A stretch of 61,959 nucleotides of DNA. Source: a virus. Its lineage: Duplodnaviria > Caudoviricetes. The notes under the pieces are model-generated. The model worked only from the letters and a program-made list of their open reading frames with translations. It was not told the origin of the DNA and did no database searches. The position numbers were made by a program, and so were the translations under genes. The stretch spans positions 1-61,959 of IMG/VR virus record IMGVR_UViG_3300017716_002569; one strand, written 5' to 3'. Shown piece by piece: positions 36,256-47,700 of the stretch (its first letter is position 1; the number at the start of each line of letters is the position of its first letter).

Positions 36256-36257
36256 CA

Positions 36258-37040
36258 ATGAACAGCGTTGACGAAAACAAACTAGGTAATGGGCGCACAA
36301 TCAGGTATTGTGTAATGCGTGTATTGAATGACCTTAGAGATTATTCAATGCGCGACTATAAGTATTTAGCGCAGCTTGTTATTAATGGTTGGGGGGATAT
36401 GAACATTTACCATACCGAATCGGTAAGGGTTAAATATTTAACACCAAATGAAGCTCATATTGTAAAGTTTCCAAATGATTATGTTCGATATACTAAAATT
36501 GGTATCAATGTAAATGGTACTATTTGGACCCTTACGCTAAACAGAAGTATGGTTTTGCCACAGGGCCAAGAATGTGGTATTGATGTAAATGATACTGAAA
36601 ATGGATTGAAATTTATTTCATCTATAAATAATTCAGTGGGAGGTTTCTATTTTGTGGACCACTGGAAGCGTGGTCAATATGTTGGTGGTCTTTATGGTGT
36701 TGGTGGTGGTGTAAACACTGCTTACTATAATATTGACGAAGCCAACAGGCAAATAGTGCTTAGTAATAAATTACCAAGGAATGAACTAATCGTTGAATAC
36801 ATTTCAAATGGACTTAGTGAAAACACTGTTATTCCTTACCAGGCAGTAAAAGTAGTTGTGAACTATGTTCATTGGCAAAGGATTGAATTTGACCCACGGG
36901 TACCAATGTCAGAAAAGCAACGTAAAAAAGATTTGTACGAAGAATCTGTAATGGAATATCGTGACCTTCAATTAATGTTCACCATGAATGAGTTTTTGGA
37001 TTCACTATATTCTTCTTATATTCAAGCACCAAAAAGATAA
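36258..37040 (+). CDS. tail ring protein
   Basis: 'VKFPNDYVRYTKIG', 'LIVEYISNG' motifs. Confidence 0.6.
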   Translation: MNSVDENKLGNGRTIRYCVMRVLNDLRDYSMRDYKYLAQLVINGWGDMNIYHTESVRVKYLTPNEAHIVKFPNDYVRYTKIGINVNGTIWTLTLNRSMVLPQGQECGIDVNDTENGLKFISSINNSVGGFYFVDHWKRGQYVGGLYGVGGGVNTAYYNIDEANRQIVLSNKLPRNELIVEYISNGLSENTVIPYQAVKVVVNYVHWQRIEFDPRVPMSEKQRKKDLYEESVMEYRDLQLMFTMNEFLDSLYSSYIQAPKR

Positions 37041-37046
37041 TAGGCC

Positions 37047-40000
37047 ATGTCAGAAGAATTTAAGCAAGAAATATTTTTATCTGGGGGAATGAACTCAGTT
37101 AGTGATCCAAGACTTTTACCTGATGGAGATTATTTAACCGGTACAAGAAATGTAAGAATTGGTGTTACTTCCAATAATACCCTTGGTAGTGTTCAATCAT
37201 TCGAAGGGAATGTTGAACTTGATGAAGTATCAAGTTTACTAACTGCTTCTGGTACCTTTAAATGTGTTGGTCAAATAGCCGATATCAGGAATAAAGCCAC
37301 AGTAATGTTTATTTGGAACAGCTTATCTGGCATATTTTACAGAAACCTTCCTACAGCTGTTACAAGCAATAGCTTACAGGTAATCACCGAAGGTTGGACT
37401 GTTAATATTTGGCAAAACCATAGGGTAAGGATTGTATCTGGAACAGGTGCAAACCAAGTAAGGGATATTTCAAGTAATAACAATACTATTTTAAATTTAA
37501 CTGAGGCATGGAATGTTTTGCCTGATACAAGCTCACAATTTGTAATTGAGCGTATAGGGCACCAAATTATCCGGTATTATTATGATTTAGGTTTAGCAGA
37601 AAGATTATGTTATGAACCTTGCTTAAACTTTAATAAGCACAGCAAAATACATAGTGTTGATATTGTTAACGACCTATTATATTGGGTTCAGGATGATGAG
37701 CCACAGAAAAAATTAAATATGAATAAAGGGGCAACCCTTAAAGATTCATACAAGTTTAGAATTTACATTGGACCAGACAACCCAGGATTATCAACAAGCT
37801 ATACTATAAATATTAAAGGAGCTTTTGGAGGGGCACACCCAACAATAGGGCCTATAATTATCAATTATCCACATAACACAGGAGACACACTGCGAGAGGT
37901 TTTAAAAGCTATCACAGATGGTTTAAATGCAAATGCTGATTTTGATGCAAATACATTCACTGCGACATATTTAAACGATTGTGTTGAAGTTGAGTGTTTA
38001 AATTTTTCTCCAAAAGTAGTTGGTGGAAATTGGGATGTTGTAACCTCTGCAAACTTTGGTGATATCTGGTGGGTTGGTATAAACTTTTATACTTACATTA
38101 ACGAGGAAACTCTTGATGTATTAAAGTGGCCTTCTTGGGTAGAGCCACAGGTAAACATGGCTTTTGATCCTAATTTCTTATACAACTATTTAAGAGGTAC
38201 GCGATTTCAGGTAGCTGTTAGGTACATATATGATGATGGTGAAAATTCAAAGTATAGTCCATTTTCTGTTATGGCTTTGGATAATGAAATTGTAGGAAGT
38301 AACCTAACAGATACCAATAAAAATTACATTCAAATTGACTATTCAGATAATGGTAGGATGCAATCAAAAAGAAATATTTTGGTTGGTATTGAAATAGCCG
38401 TAAGGGATGCAAACGAATCTACTTTTAAAAGAATTGCAAATTTAAGCGCAAGTCAGTTAACTGGAATTTTTAATTTTTACAATGATTCTGCTTACTCCAC
38501 AGTTCCAACATTTGATATTTTAGAGGGGCAAGACTTTATCCCAAGAAGCTCAAAATCTCAAGACGTACTTATAAACAGGCTTAATTACTCAAATAATTTA
38601 GAAGGATTTGACAACACACCTATTGATGTAAAGCTATCAACTGAATATACAGGCGGAGAAACAGGTCCAGCAACATTTGATATTAATGGTAAAATAAATA
38701 TTCGTAATTATTATACAAATGCATTAGTTTCAATTTCTGGAAATGTTTTTGGTTCTTTTGAAATACCGCAAGGTGGTTTTACTGTTTTTTTAGCAGGAAC
38801 ATCATTTCACGCAGTAACAGTTCAATCAGGAACCGACCAAAACTTTTCAATTAAAGGGGTACCTAATGGTAGATATTTTTTAAGGGTTGCAAGTCATTTG
38901 TGTAAAAATGGTGACGTTACTTGGGGAGATATATACGATACTAGCAATCCTGCAAATATCAGGTGGCAAGATACTAGCACATTTGTTAGAAGTGCATTTA
39001 GGTATAAAGAAGTTTTTGTCAATGGAGCTGATGTTACTTTGGGAAGTGCAATTGAAATTGATTCTTTACCTGTTAGTTCTTTAACTTGGGTTTTAGGAAC
39101 GCCACAGTTAGCTCATATTTACGGATATGTGTATGATGGCCAAAATCCGTATGTAGGTTATCCAGTGGCAGGGGACAATATTAGAAATGGCTTGGCAATG
39201 GAAAATGCTAAAATAGATTGGAGTTATTACAAAACGTATTCTGCATTTACCCCTGCTTCTGTTATAGCTGTCAATCCTACTTTAAAACAAATAGAAGTAA
39301 ATAATCCAGGATTACTTAATGTAGGCGAAGTAATTTTTATAAAAATTTCAGGAGTTATACCTGATGGAATAGCTGTAAAAATAATTACAAAAGTTGGTAA
39401 TATATTAACATTAGATATAGCAGTATCTGCAGGATATATTGGGGCTAACATATATTTGACTCAATTATACACTCAAGCTGTAGTTGCAGACGAGAGAGGT
39501 TTTTTTTATGCTGGTATAGACGATAATCCTGCAAATACTAATGTTGTTAGGTGGGAATCTACAAAAGCATGGTATAATTATGCGGATATAAAACAAATTG
39601 GTGAAACATATTATATAGGTAATTTAAGCCCAGAAAAACCAATATTAGTAGCTTCAACAGGGTATAATACAATGGTGCCTCAATCTGCCACAGCACAAGC
39701 AGATAACATGCTGTTTATGCCAAACTACAACAATGATATTACTAGAGATTATAGAACTACATTATCTGTATCAGTAAAGGATAATAAAAACAATCCAATT
39801 GAAAACATACTTGTTTCTTTTAGTGCATCTGCTAGGCAAGTTATAACAGATTCACTAGGGGTTGCAAAAATAATAGTTTACGGTTTTTATGATACTGTGT
39901 CACCTGTTGAAAGGCCAGGAAAAATAATTCTTGGCAATCCAAGTCCTTTTAATATTGTCACATTTACTAGCGATTCTCATGTAATTGGAATAGGTGACTT

Positions 40001-42101
40001 AACATTTCCACCATACAACACAAGTAATTCATTTGATTATTTATTTACAGGTGTTGAATCTAGCAGAATCCTATCCTACCTTAAGCATGGTGCTAAATAT
40101 AAATACGGCATTGTTTATTATGATCGTGGAAATAGGAGAGGGTATGTAAATAACTCTCAATTCTCTGAGGTAGCCATTCCTTTTTGGACACCAAACGAGG
40201 CGTTTAGATTTTTACCTTTGGTTAGCTGGGAAATTAACCACAGACCACCAGTTTGGGCAACACATTATTCGTGGGTTAGAACTAGAAATTTATCCTACAA
40301 CAATTATTTACAGATTCCTATTCAAGCTGCGGAATATGTTAAGGAAATTAAGCAAGATGGTACAGTTACAACAACAAATTATGCCGCTGGTGATGCTTTA
40401 TATATTGACATTAATATTAAAACCTTAGATGCTTATAAAAATCAGTATCAAAAAAGTATTTTAGCTTATGCTTTCAGTGAAGGTGATAGGTTAAGGCTAA
40501 TCAAAGATGAAGCAGGTGATTACTATGATCAGTATATTGATTTTGAAATTGTATCTTATGATACCACTACTTTTAAAGTAAGGGTAAAAAACATATTTAC
40601 GGCACCAGAAGTTAAAATGGATGCTACCACCAAAGCTGGTCCAGTAATAGAGCTGTATTCTCCAATAAAATTGTCTCAGGAAAGTTTGTTTTTTGAAGTA
40701 TGTGAAACCTATGAAATAGGAAACCCATATACTGTGACAAGGTTTCATGCAGGGCCAAACGCTAACCAAACCTCAGATTTATCCACCCCTGCCACCGGAC
40801 AGTTCCAAAGTGGAGACACTTATATTGTAAGCAGAACTATAAACATATATCCTGCTCCTACAACACCTTTCCCTCAAACCAGGTATTATGAATCTGCTTA
40901 CCTATCAGATTTTATAGCAGATAGTGATGATATTAACATTGGAAGGCCAAACATAGTTAACCTACAAGCTAAGGAACAGTGGCTTGAAACTGGAATAAGA
41001 CACAGTAATCCAATATTGAAAAACACGTTAACCAACGGATTATCAACATGGGATAGTGAATCACAATTAATGTTAAACGAGTCCTATGGTCCTGTTTGTA
41101 GGATAGTAGGTATAGGTGGAGTTATACTTAAGTGCTACCAAACATTTAAAAGAACTAGCATTTATATTGGCAGGGTTATAGCTCAGTCTGCAGATGGAGG
41201 TACAGGAACCATGACCACAATAAGTGGGTATTATGGCACAGTGAACCCAAGCGAAGAGGACTATGGCTGCCAGCACCCTGAAAGTGTTGTAGCATCAGGA
41301 AACAGTATTTGGTTTTTTGATGTAATTAATTCATGTATAGTAAGGGACTCTGTAAATGGGATGGAATCTATTTCAGACAAAAAAATGTATTCTTATTTCA
41401 GTGACAAAGCTGCATTAGCTTATACACTTGGAACAAGAGCCAAAGTATATGCAACTTTTGATACATTTTATGATGAATTGTATTTCAGCTTTATTGATGA
41501 AAACAACTACCCTAACCTAGCATTTAATGATACTATAATTTATTTGGAAAAGGATAATGAGTTTAAAGAGCAGCTTGATTTATACGCTATTGATGGCGCA
41601 AATAGGATTTATCCTGATATGTTAGGCTCCCGTGGGCAGGTATTAGTTTCATGGATCAATGGTGCAATGTGGAGGCATAATGTAGATAGTGCAATACCGG
41701 CTAACTTTTATGGAACCCAGCATAAGCCACAGGTTAAAATTGCTTGTAACTTAGGGACACCAGAAGCCGTTAAGGCATTTACTGACGTAACAATAAACGC
41801 AAATAAAGTATGGTTTGCTCCCAATGATACAGATATTACAGTTCCACCAACTGCGCTATATCCAACAGGAATGAAGAGCCGTTTGCTTATAAACAAATTT
41901 AAACTTAAAGAAGGTGTATTCTATTCAGAGTTCATGTGTGACCTATTTACACCAAATGTGCTTAACCCTATATTAAATGGTAGGAAGCTAAGGGGACAGT
42001 GTATTATAATCAGACTTGAAAGCAAAATAGAGTACCCAAATACAGAGAGTGTACTAATGAGTATTATAGTGAAAGGAACCCCAAGCCCCAAAACGATATG
42101 A
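37047..42101 (+). CDS. tail stabilization / muzzle protein (P22 gp10-like, crAss-like)
   Basis: 1684 aa; N-terminal 'GGMNSVSDPRLLPDGDY..RNVR', 'DYGCQHPESV', 'KEGVFYS', 'NGRKLRG'. Confidence 0.78.
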   Translation: MSEEFKQEIFLSGGMNSVSDPRLLPDGDYLTGTRNVRIGVTSNNTLGSVQSFEGNVELDEVSSLLTASGTFKCVGQIADIRNKATVMFIWNSLSGIFYRNLPTAVTSNSLQVITEGWTVNIWQNHRVRIVSGTGANQVRDISSNNNTILNLTEAWNVLPDTSSQFVIERIGHQIIRYYYDLGLAERLCYEPCLNFNKHSKIHSVDIVNDLLYWVQDDEPQKKLNMNKGATLKDSYKFRIYIGPDNPGLSTSYTINIKGAFGGAHPTIGPIIINYPHNTGDTLREVLKAITDGLNANADFDANTFTATYLNDCVEVECLNFSPKVVGGNWDVVTSANFGDIWWVGINFYTYINEETLDVLKWPSWVEPQVNMAFDPNFLYNYLRGTRFQVAVRYIYDDGENSKYSPFSVMALDNEIVGSNLTDTNKNYIQIDYSDNGRMQSKRNILVGIEIAVRDANESTFKRIANLSASQLTGIFNFYNDSAYSTVPTFDILEGQDFIPRSSKSQDVLINRLNYSNNLEGFDNTPIDVKLSTEYTGGETGPATFDINGKINIRNYYTNALVSISGNVFGSFEIPQGGFTVFLAGTSFHAVTVQSGTDQNFSIKGVPNGRYFLRVASHLCKNGDVTWGDIYDTSNPANIRWQDTSTFVRSAFRYKEVFVNGADVTLGSAIEIDSLPVSSLTWVLGTPQLAHIYGYVYDGQNPYVGYPVAGDNIRNGLAMENAKIDWSYYKTYSAFTPASVIAVNPTLKQIEVNNPGLLNVGEVIFIKISGVIPDGIAVKIITKVGNILTLDIAVSAGYIGANIYLTQLYTQAVVADERGFFYAGIDDNPANTNVVRWESTKAWYNYADIKQIGETYYIGNLSPEKPILVASTGYNTMVPQSATAQADNMLFMPNYNNDITRDYRTTLSVSVKDNKNNPIENILVSFSASARQVITDSLGVAKIIVYGFYDTVSPVERPGKIILGNPSPFNIVTFTSDSHVIGIGDLTFPPYNTSNSFDYLFTGVESSRILSYLKHGAKYKYGIVYYDRGNRRGYVNNSQFSEVAIPFWTPNEAFRFLPLVSWEINHRPPVWATHYSWVRTRNLSYNNYLQIPIQAAEYVKEIKQDGTVTTTNYAAGDALYIDINIKTLDAYKNQYQKSILAYAFSEGDRLRLIKDEAGDYYDQYIDFEIVSYDTTTFKVRVKNIFTAPEVKMDATTKAGPVIELYSPIKLSQESLFFEVCETYEIGNPYTVTRFHAGPNANQTSDLSTPATGQFQSGDTYIVSRTINIYPAPTTPFPQTRYYESAYLSDFIADSDDINIGRPNIVNLQAKEQWLETGIRHSNPILKNTLTNGLSTWDSESQLMLNESYGPVCRIVGIGGVILKCYQTFKRTSIYIGRVIAQSADGGTGTMTTISGYYGTVNPSEEDYGCQHPESVVASGNSIWFFDVINSCIVRDSVNGMESISDKKMYSYFSDKAALAYTLGTRAKVYATFDTFYDELYFSFIDENNYPNLAFNDTIIYLEKDNEFKEQLDLYAIDGANRIYPDMLGSRGQVLVSWINGAMWRHNVDSAIPANFYGTQHKPQVKIACNLGTPEAVKAFTDVTINANKVWFAPNDTDITVPPTALYPTGMKSRLLINKFKLKEGVFYSEFMCDLFTPNVLNPILNGRKLRGQCIIIRLESKIEYPNTESVLMSIIVKGTPSPKTI

Positions 42102-42352
42102 AACCAAGCAGGATAAATTACGAAAATCAGGTAGCAGACTTTAGGCAAAATTATCTTTTAGATCATCAGCTTAAGGAATTGCTATACAAGTATGAAACCC
42201 AAGATTGGATTTTTTTCATTGAGTTCTCCGGAGGCATACAAGGTTCCACAGATGCAAATATTAAGGCTTACACTTGGGATGAAACCAGTGGAAAACTTAT
42301 TTTGAAAGCAACTGGAAAAGCGAGTTATGGAGAATTAACGATAGTTGCATAA
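42098..42352 (+). CDS. hypothetical protein
   Basis: 84-aa ORF with ATGA overlap. Confidence 0.5.
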   Translation: MKPSRINYENQVADFRQNYLLDHQLKELLYKYETQDWIFFIEFSGGIQGSTDANIKAYTWDETSGKLILKATGKASYGELTIVA

Positions 42353-42412
42353 ATTTTTTGCTACTTTTGTTTTGTTTTGTGTAGATTTGTTTTTACTTTA
42401 ACTCTTAGTTTT

Positions 42413-43018
42413 ATGAGCGCAGCATCCTCTTTTTTAAACCAAGCAGCAATGGCATCAGCTATTCCAGCTGCAATAAACACTGGATTTGGTATATACCAAA
42501 CTATCCGTGGCTCAAAAATGTTAAAAGATTTGAAAAACCCCAACATGGAAGTTCCTGCAGGGGCAATTGGAGCAGAAAACGTAGCTAAAAATTTGGCTAT
42601 GCAAACCATGTTACCTGGTCAAAGTTTAATGGAGAATAAAATAGACAACTTAGTTTCAAACTCTATTTTAGATGCTAAAAAAGTAAGTGATAATCCTAAT
42701 GATGCCTTGGATGCAGTTTTTAAATCATACGGCATGGGCATGGAGAAAACTAATGACTTGGGTATTGCATCAGCTAATTTCCAAACAAACAACCAAATGA
42801 ACTTGCAGGGCCAAGAGAATACCATGGCACAGTGGCAAAATAGAGTTTGGGAGAATAACGAATTGAATCCTTATTTAAGGAAAGCCAATACAGCTAGTGC
42901 ATTACTAGGCTCAGGCATACAGAATATTAGCGGTGGTTTGAATAAAGCGAGTGATATTGGCGCAAACTTGTTTACGGGCAAGTATTACGCTTCATTGTTA
43001 GACAAACCAATTGGGTAA
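42413..43018 (+). CDS. putative DNA ejection / internal virion protein
   Basis: A/G/N/Q-rich with amphipathic N- and C-termini; follows the muzzle gene; TAnnTTTG boxes at 42362 and 42382. Confidence 0.55.
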   Translation: MSAASSFLNQAAMASAIPAAINTGFGIYQTIRGSKMLKDLKNPNMEVPAGAIGAENVAKNLAMQTMLPGQSLMENKIDNLVSNSILDAKKVSDNPNDALDAVFKSYGMGMEKTNDLGIASANFQTNNQMNLQGQENTMAQWQNRVWENNELNPYLRKANTASALLGSGIQNISGGLNKASDIGANLFTGKYYASLLDKPIG

Positions 43019-43020
43019 TC

Positions 43021-44748
43021 ATGGCAGAACAATTAGATGCATTAGGACAAGTAGCATTAGGCCGAGAAGGTTCGGGCCTTGCACAAGTATTAGGCAGCGG
43101 TAATTTTAACCCTGCTATGTTTGCTGCTATACCAAAGCAAGCGTATGAAGCAGACGTTGCTAGAAAAGCAAAAGCCTTTGAGGCAGGTGTAAAGGATATT
43201 GCTGATTTAAAACCAGAAGGTTTAAATGAAGATATTATTAAAACAGTGGTTCCTGCTATTAATGCTACTAAAAAAATGTTTTCTGATTATTGGGCTAAAG
43301 GTGTTGATCCTACAAACCCAAAAAACGTGGATGCTTATTTAGCTTTTCAAAAGCAAAAAGCAGAAACACAAGGTCTATTAGAAGCTGCAAAGCAAAAGAA
43401 AGAGCTTTATGGTAAGGCATACGATATTCATACTAATAACCCTGATGATAGTAAGTTTGATAGGTTAGAGTCTGAAAAAAGGTTAGCACAATACTATGGT
43501 ACTTCATTGTCAGATATTGAAGGGTTAAAGAAAATTCAGAACGAAGGAATTTTGGCCCCAGCATTTGATTTTGAGAAATACAAATTGGACCTATTTAAAG
43601 ACGTAAAATATTTGCCAGCTGAAATAACTAACCCTGTTGATATTGGCGGTGGTAGAATGAAGGGCGAAAAGACAGAGCGAATTAATACTGAAGAAATACA
43701 AAATAGAACTTCCAAAGTATTACAGAACCCTACCAGTTTTAAAGAGCGTAGGTTTAATGAGGAACTTGATAGGCTTGTAAATTCCGCACAACCATTATTC
43801 GACCCTGCAAAAAAAGAAATAGTAGGATTTACCACAGGTAATCCTTCATACGATGCATCTATTGCACAAGCAAGGTCAAAGCCTGGTTTCGATAAACTTT
43901 CACCAAAAGAACAGTTTGCTGAAATGAAAAAAGGTATTGCTATTGGTATTGGTAAAGAAATGTACCCTGACCAATATGATGCAAATTTCCATTACCCTTC
44001 AAAAACAAATATCAATGTTAATGTAGGTGGCGATAAGAATACTGGTGACTTGATTCCAACCTTTATTTCAAACAGAACTAAGGAAGTTGACAACGACATT
44101 AAGAGCAATCCAGCCAAATATACTGTGCCACAGCAATGGGAAATGTTAGCTAAGGCCACAGGTGGAAGAATTTTAACCAAGGGAGGAAATGGCCAAGGCC
44201 CTATAAATGGTATTAGCTTACCTAATGCAGTAAATTTAGGACAGGTGTTTATGACAGCTAGTAAGAACCAAACACTTTCACTTGATCAAAATGGTAATTA
44301 TATTCCAACAAAAGGTGCTGGTACTATTCCTGGTGAAATAGTTAGAACTCTTATTGTTTACAAAGACAAAAACGGGGTTACAACAACACCAAATGACCCT
44401 AATGGTACAAAGTATTTCCAAATAGAAATGAAGCCAATTAAGGCTACCACAGATGCAGAAATTGACAAGAAAATGAGTCAGTTTGTTTTATCTGACCCAA
44501 ATGCAGCTTCAATTACGAAAGAAGCATTTAAGGCCATGTTAAAGAACTCCGCAGATATAAATGGTAATTTTAAAGTTGAGTATGTGGCTGATGATCCTGT
44601 GGGACAAGCAATAGTTTCTGAGGTAGCTTATGGAAGTAATGTGGTATCTAATACCCAATTCAATAAAGCTAAGGGCTCAAATGACCAAAAGCCACAGCCA
44701 AAAACAGGTTCTAAAATAGTTATTGATGGTTTATTTAAGACAAATTAG
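43021..44748 (+). CDS. putative internal virion (cargo) protein
   Basis: 575 aa, helical, lies between the ejection gene and the giant gene. Confidence 0.55.
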   Translation: MAEQLDALGQVALGREGSGLAQVLGSGNFNPAMFAAIPKQAYEADVARKAKAFEAGVKDIADLKPEGLNEDIIKTVVPAINATKKMFSDYWAKGVDPTNPKNVDAYLAFQKQKAETQGLLEAAKQKKELYGKAYDIHTNNPDDSKFDRLESEKRLAQYYGTSLSDIEGLKKIQNEGILAPAFDFEKYKLDLFKDVKYLPAEITNPVDIGGGRMKGEKTERINTEEIQNRTSKVLQNPTSFKERRFNEELDRLVNSAQPLFDPAKKEIVGFTTGNPSYDASIAQARSKPGFDKLSPKEQFAEMKKGIAIGIGKEMYPDQYDANFHYPSKTNINVNVGGDKNTGDLIPTFISNRTKEVDNDIKSNPAKYTVPQQWEMLAKATGGRILTKGGNGQGPINGISLPNAVNLGQVFMTASKNQTLSLDQNGNYIPTKGAGTIPGEIVRTLIVYKDKNGVTTTPNDPNGTKYFQIEMKPIKATTDAEIDKKMSQFVLSDPNAASITKEAFKAMLKNSADINGNFKVEYVADDPVGQAIVSEVAYGSNVVSNTQFNKAKGSNDQKPQPKTGSKIVIDGLFKTN

Positions 44749-47700
44749 TGATGCCAGAAGAAAAAGACAAAATTAAATTGATGTACGATGCCATGAGTTC
44801 AAGTATTGAGCTTGGCACTCCACAGCAATTCGAAGAGGTATTAAAAGACAGAACCAAAAGGAATTTGTTTTATCAAACTGCCAGCCAAAAATTTGAGCTA
44901 GGTGGTGAGAATGATTTTAATAACCTTGTAGATTCAGAACTTAAAAAAAAAAGTCTCCCTGGTACAGAATCAAAAGATTCTTCGCCAAAGGTGGGACCAT
45001 TACAATCAGGATTACGTTCACATCAGGTTAATCTTTGGCCACAGTTAGACAGACCTGCTCCTGATGCACCTAAAAAGCCTCTTACTTCAATCCCGTGGGA
45101 TGAATTAGACGTTATCAATGAGGAAAAGGGAGAAGCTCCAAAGTTTACTCCACTGCCAATGGGCACCTTTGACCCTGAGAAATTCAAGGTAAAGGTTCAG
45201 GAAGGTCAACCCGATGCTATTGATCCTAATGCTGGACTTGGTGAGAAAATCAACAAAGACGTTGAGAAAACCACCAATATAATGAATACTTACAAATCTG
45301 CCATTGGCAATTTGGAAAGTAAAATCAATAAAGATATTTCTTCCCGTGATGTGTTAGCTAAGGAACTCAAAGACCTCAAAGCAGGTTTTGAGGAAATAGG
45401 CCAACCCAAAACAAAAGAGGAAGCCATGGCCCTACAGGGCATGTATGAAGAGTTTAATAAAAAAGTTGGTGAGTTAGAAGCTATACAGCAAGATGCTGAA
45501 AAGAAGTATGCCACATACCAAACCATTTCGAAAGGATATGAAAGGCGTGTAAAAGAGCTTGACCCATTAATGCGTACCCTTGACCCAAAGGAAAGTGAAT
45601 ACTTACCATATTGGGATAAAGTGGGAGCTCCAATGTTAGGGGCCTTTTTGCAATCATTACCAAACCAAATTATCAGAACGGCTGGAATGGCCTCTGGTGG
45701 GATAAACAATCCACAAGGTTGGGTTGAAGGTATTAATAAAGCCAATAAAATAATAGAAGCCACAGGGCTAAGTAGGCTTGATGATGCTGCAAAAGAAGAG
45801 TTACTAAGGTCAGAAAAGAACGCGATGAAGCTAAGAATAAGGGAGGGCACAGACCTTGAAACCTTATTCAAAGGAGACATGGAAAGCATTAAGGGAAATG
45901 CTGGAAAGATTATTGACCTTGCTTTCAAACAAGCTGTGGCCTCTGCTCCAATTACTGTGGCTGCATTAGGTGCAACTGCCTTTGGTGGTGTTGGTGCCGG
46001 TGCGGCTCTTACCTTTTTTGGTTCTGCAGGTGCAAAGTATGCAGGTTTAAAAGACCGCACAGATATGAGCGAAGTAGATAAAATGCTTAGTTCAACTGGT
46101 GAAGGCATGTTGGAAACTGCATTTGAGTTTCTTCCTGACGTATTTAATGCTAAAATCGTTCTCAACTCCATTAAGGGAATGGGTAAGAAACAAGCCGCAG
46201 CACAAGTTAAGAAATCACTTACAGATTCTTTCTTTGATGCTTATGGTAAGTTTTTTCCTATCACAGCTCCAATAGGTGAAGGAGTTGGTGAAGTGTTTAC
46301 AGGTGTTGGTCAAAGATATACCGACACTATTTTTGATCCACAGTATAGCAACCTTAGCGAAGCCGAAAAGAACAAGTATATTTTTGGCGAAAACTATTCC
46401 AAAGTTAAAAGTGAATTTTCATCAGGAGCAGCTGGGGCAACTTTCTTTACTGCCCCACAGATGGTAGCTGAAACTATAAAAGGAATCCGTGACCCAAAAG
46501 CGAGGGTAAAGGTTCAGGAGTTTTTTGCTAAGAAGCAAGCTGTTGAAAAGGATATCAAAGAAGGTAATTTAACTGGCACAGCTGCGGAAGTAGCCGCAGA
46601 GGAATTAAACAATATTAATGGTCAGATATCCGATATCGTTAAGAAAAATACCGAAGAGGGAGAATCTATCACCATTGACCAGAAAGGTGCCGCAGAAGAG
46701 CTAAATGAACAAATTGATGCTATTGATAATAACATTCTTTTAAACCCAAATATTAGCCCTGAAACTGTGGCTGCATTAGAAGCCAAAAAGAAGGACCTTG
46801 AAAAGCAAGTAAAAGAAATCACCAAGCCTACAGCTCTATTAACTGAAATGGAGGCTTTAAAAATTGAAGAGCAAAATGGAGAAACCAAACCAGAACTTAA
46901 ACAACCCACAGAAGCTAACGGACAAAAGCCTGAGAACACAGGAAGCGATAAAGCAGCTGGAAAAAAAGATAGCGGAAATCAAGGAGCGAATGAAAGGCCA
47001 GAAGTAGGCGGTTCAGGATTGGTTATGAATAGGCCAATAGAGGATAAGATTATAGAGTTAAGGGCGCAAGAACAATTAGAAAAGGATGCTACAGACCCTA
47101 ATGACCAAGAAAAGTTAGATGAAATTTACAATAGGTATGATAAGCTCATTACTCCTTTGTTGCCTAAGAAAGAAGCACCTGCACCAAAACAAGAAGCACC
47201 TGCCGTAGAAGCATTAAAAGATGTAGAGAGTACGGTTAAAGCAATAAGTAAATTAGATGAAGTTGTTATAGATGATTTGAAGTCTAAAAATACTCTTGAT
47301 AACTATGATATAACAGAAGTAGAAATACCTGATGATATTGAATCGGAAATGTTTTGGCATGAAAAATTAATAGAAAAAGCATTAAAAGATGTTGGAGTAA
47401 AATTTTCAAAACAAGGCTCAAAAAGTAGTGGTAGCACTTATTATACTTTGAAACTTAGCGATGGAGAATCGTTTAAGTTAAGATTGGCAGACCATAAGCA
47501 GAAGTATGATGCTGATGGTAATGTACAATACGGAGAAGATACTACACCACAGGAATTGTTAGAAATGTTAAGAGATGAATTGCCTGATGGTAAAATAGTA
47601 AAAAATACTTCTATTGCAGAGGAGTATCATAAGCAAAAATCTTATAAAAATATTACTAATACTGAATTAGTAAAAGCAGTAGAATCCCTACTATCTAAAG

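Noticed and set aside
44941-44952. A10 run (LKKK) near the start of the giant gene as a programmed frameshift site
   Set aside because: The main frame stays open for 4516 aa, and the alternative frame I read closes within about 35 codons with no convincing product.
45290-46171. 293-aa minus-strand ORF and the many other antisense ORFs over long genes
   Set aside because: They are shadows of biased coding on the plus strand, with no leader or protein-like motifs.
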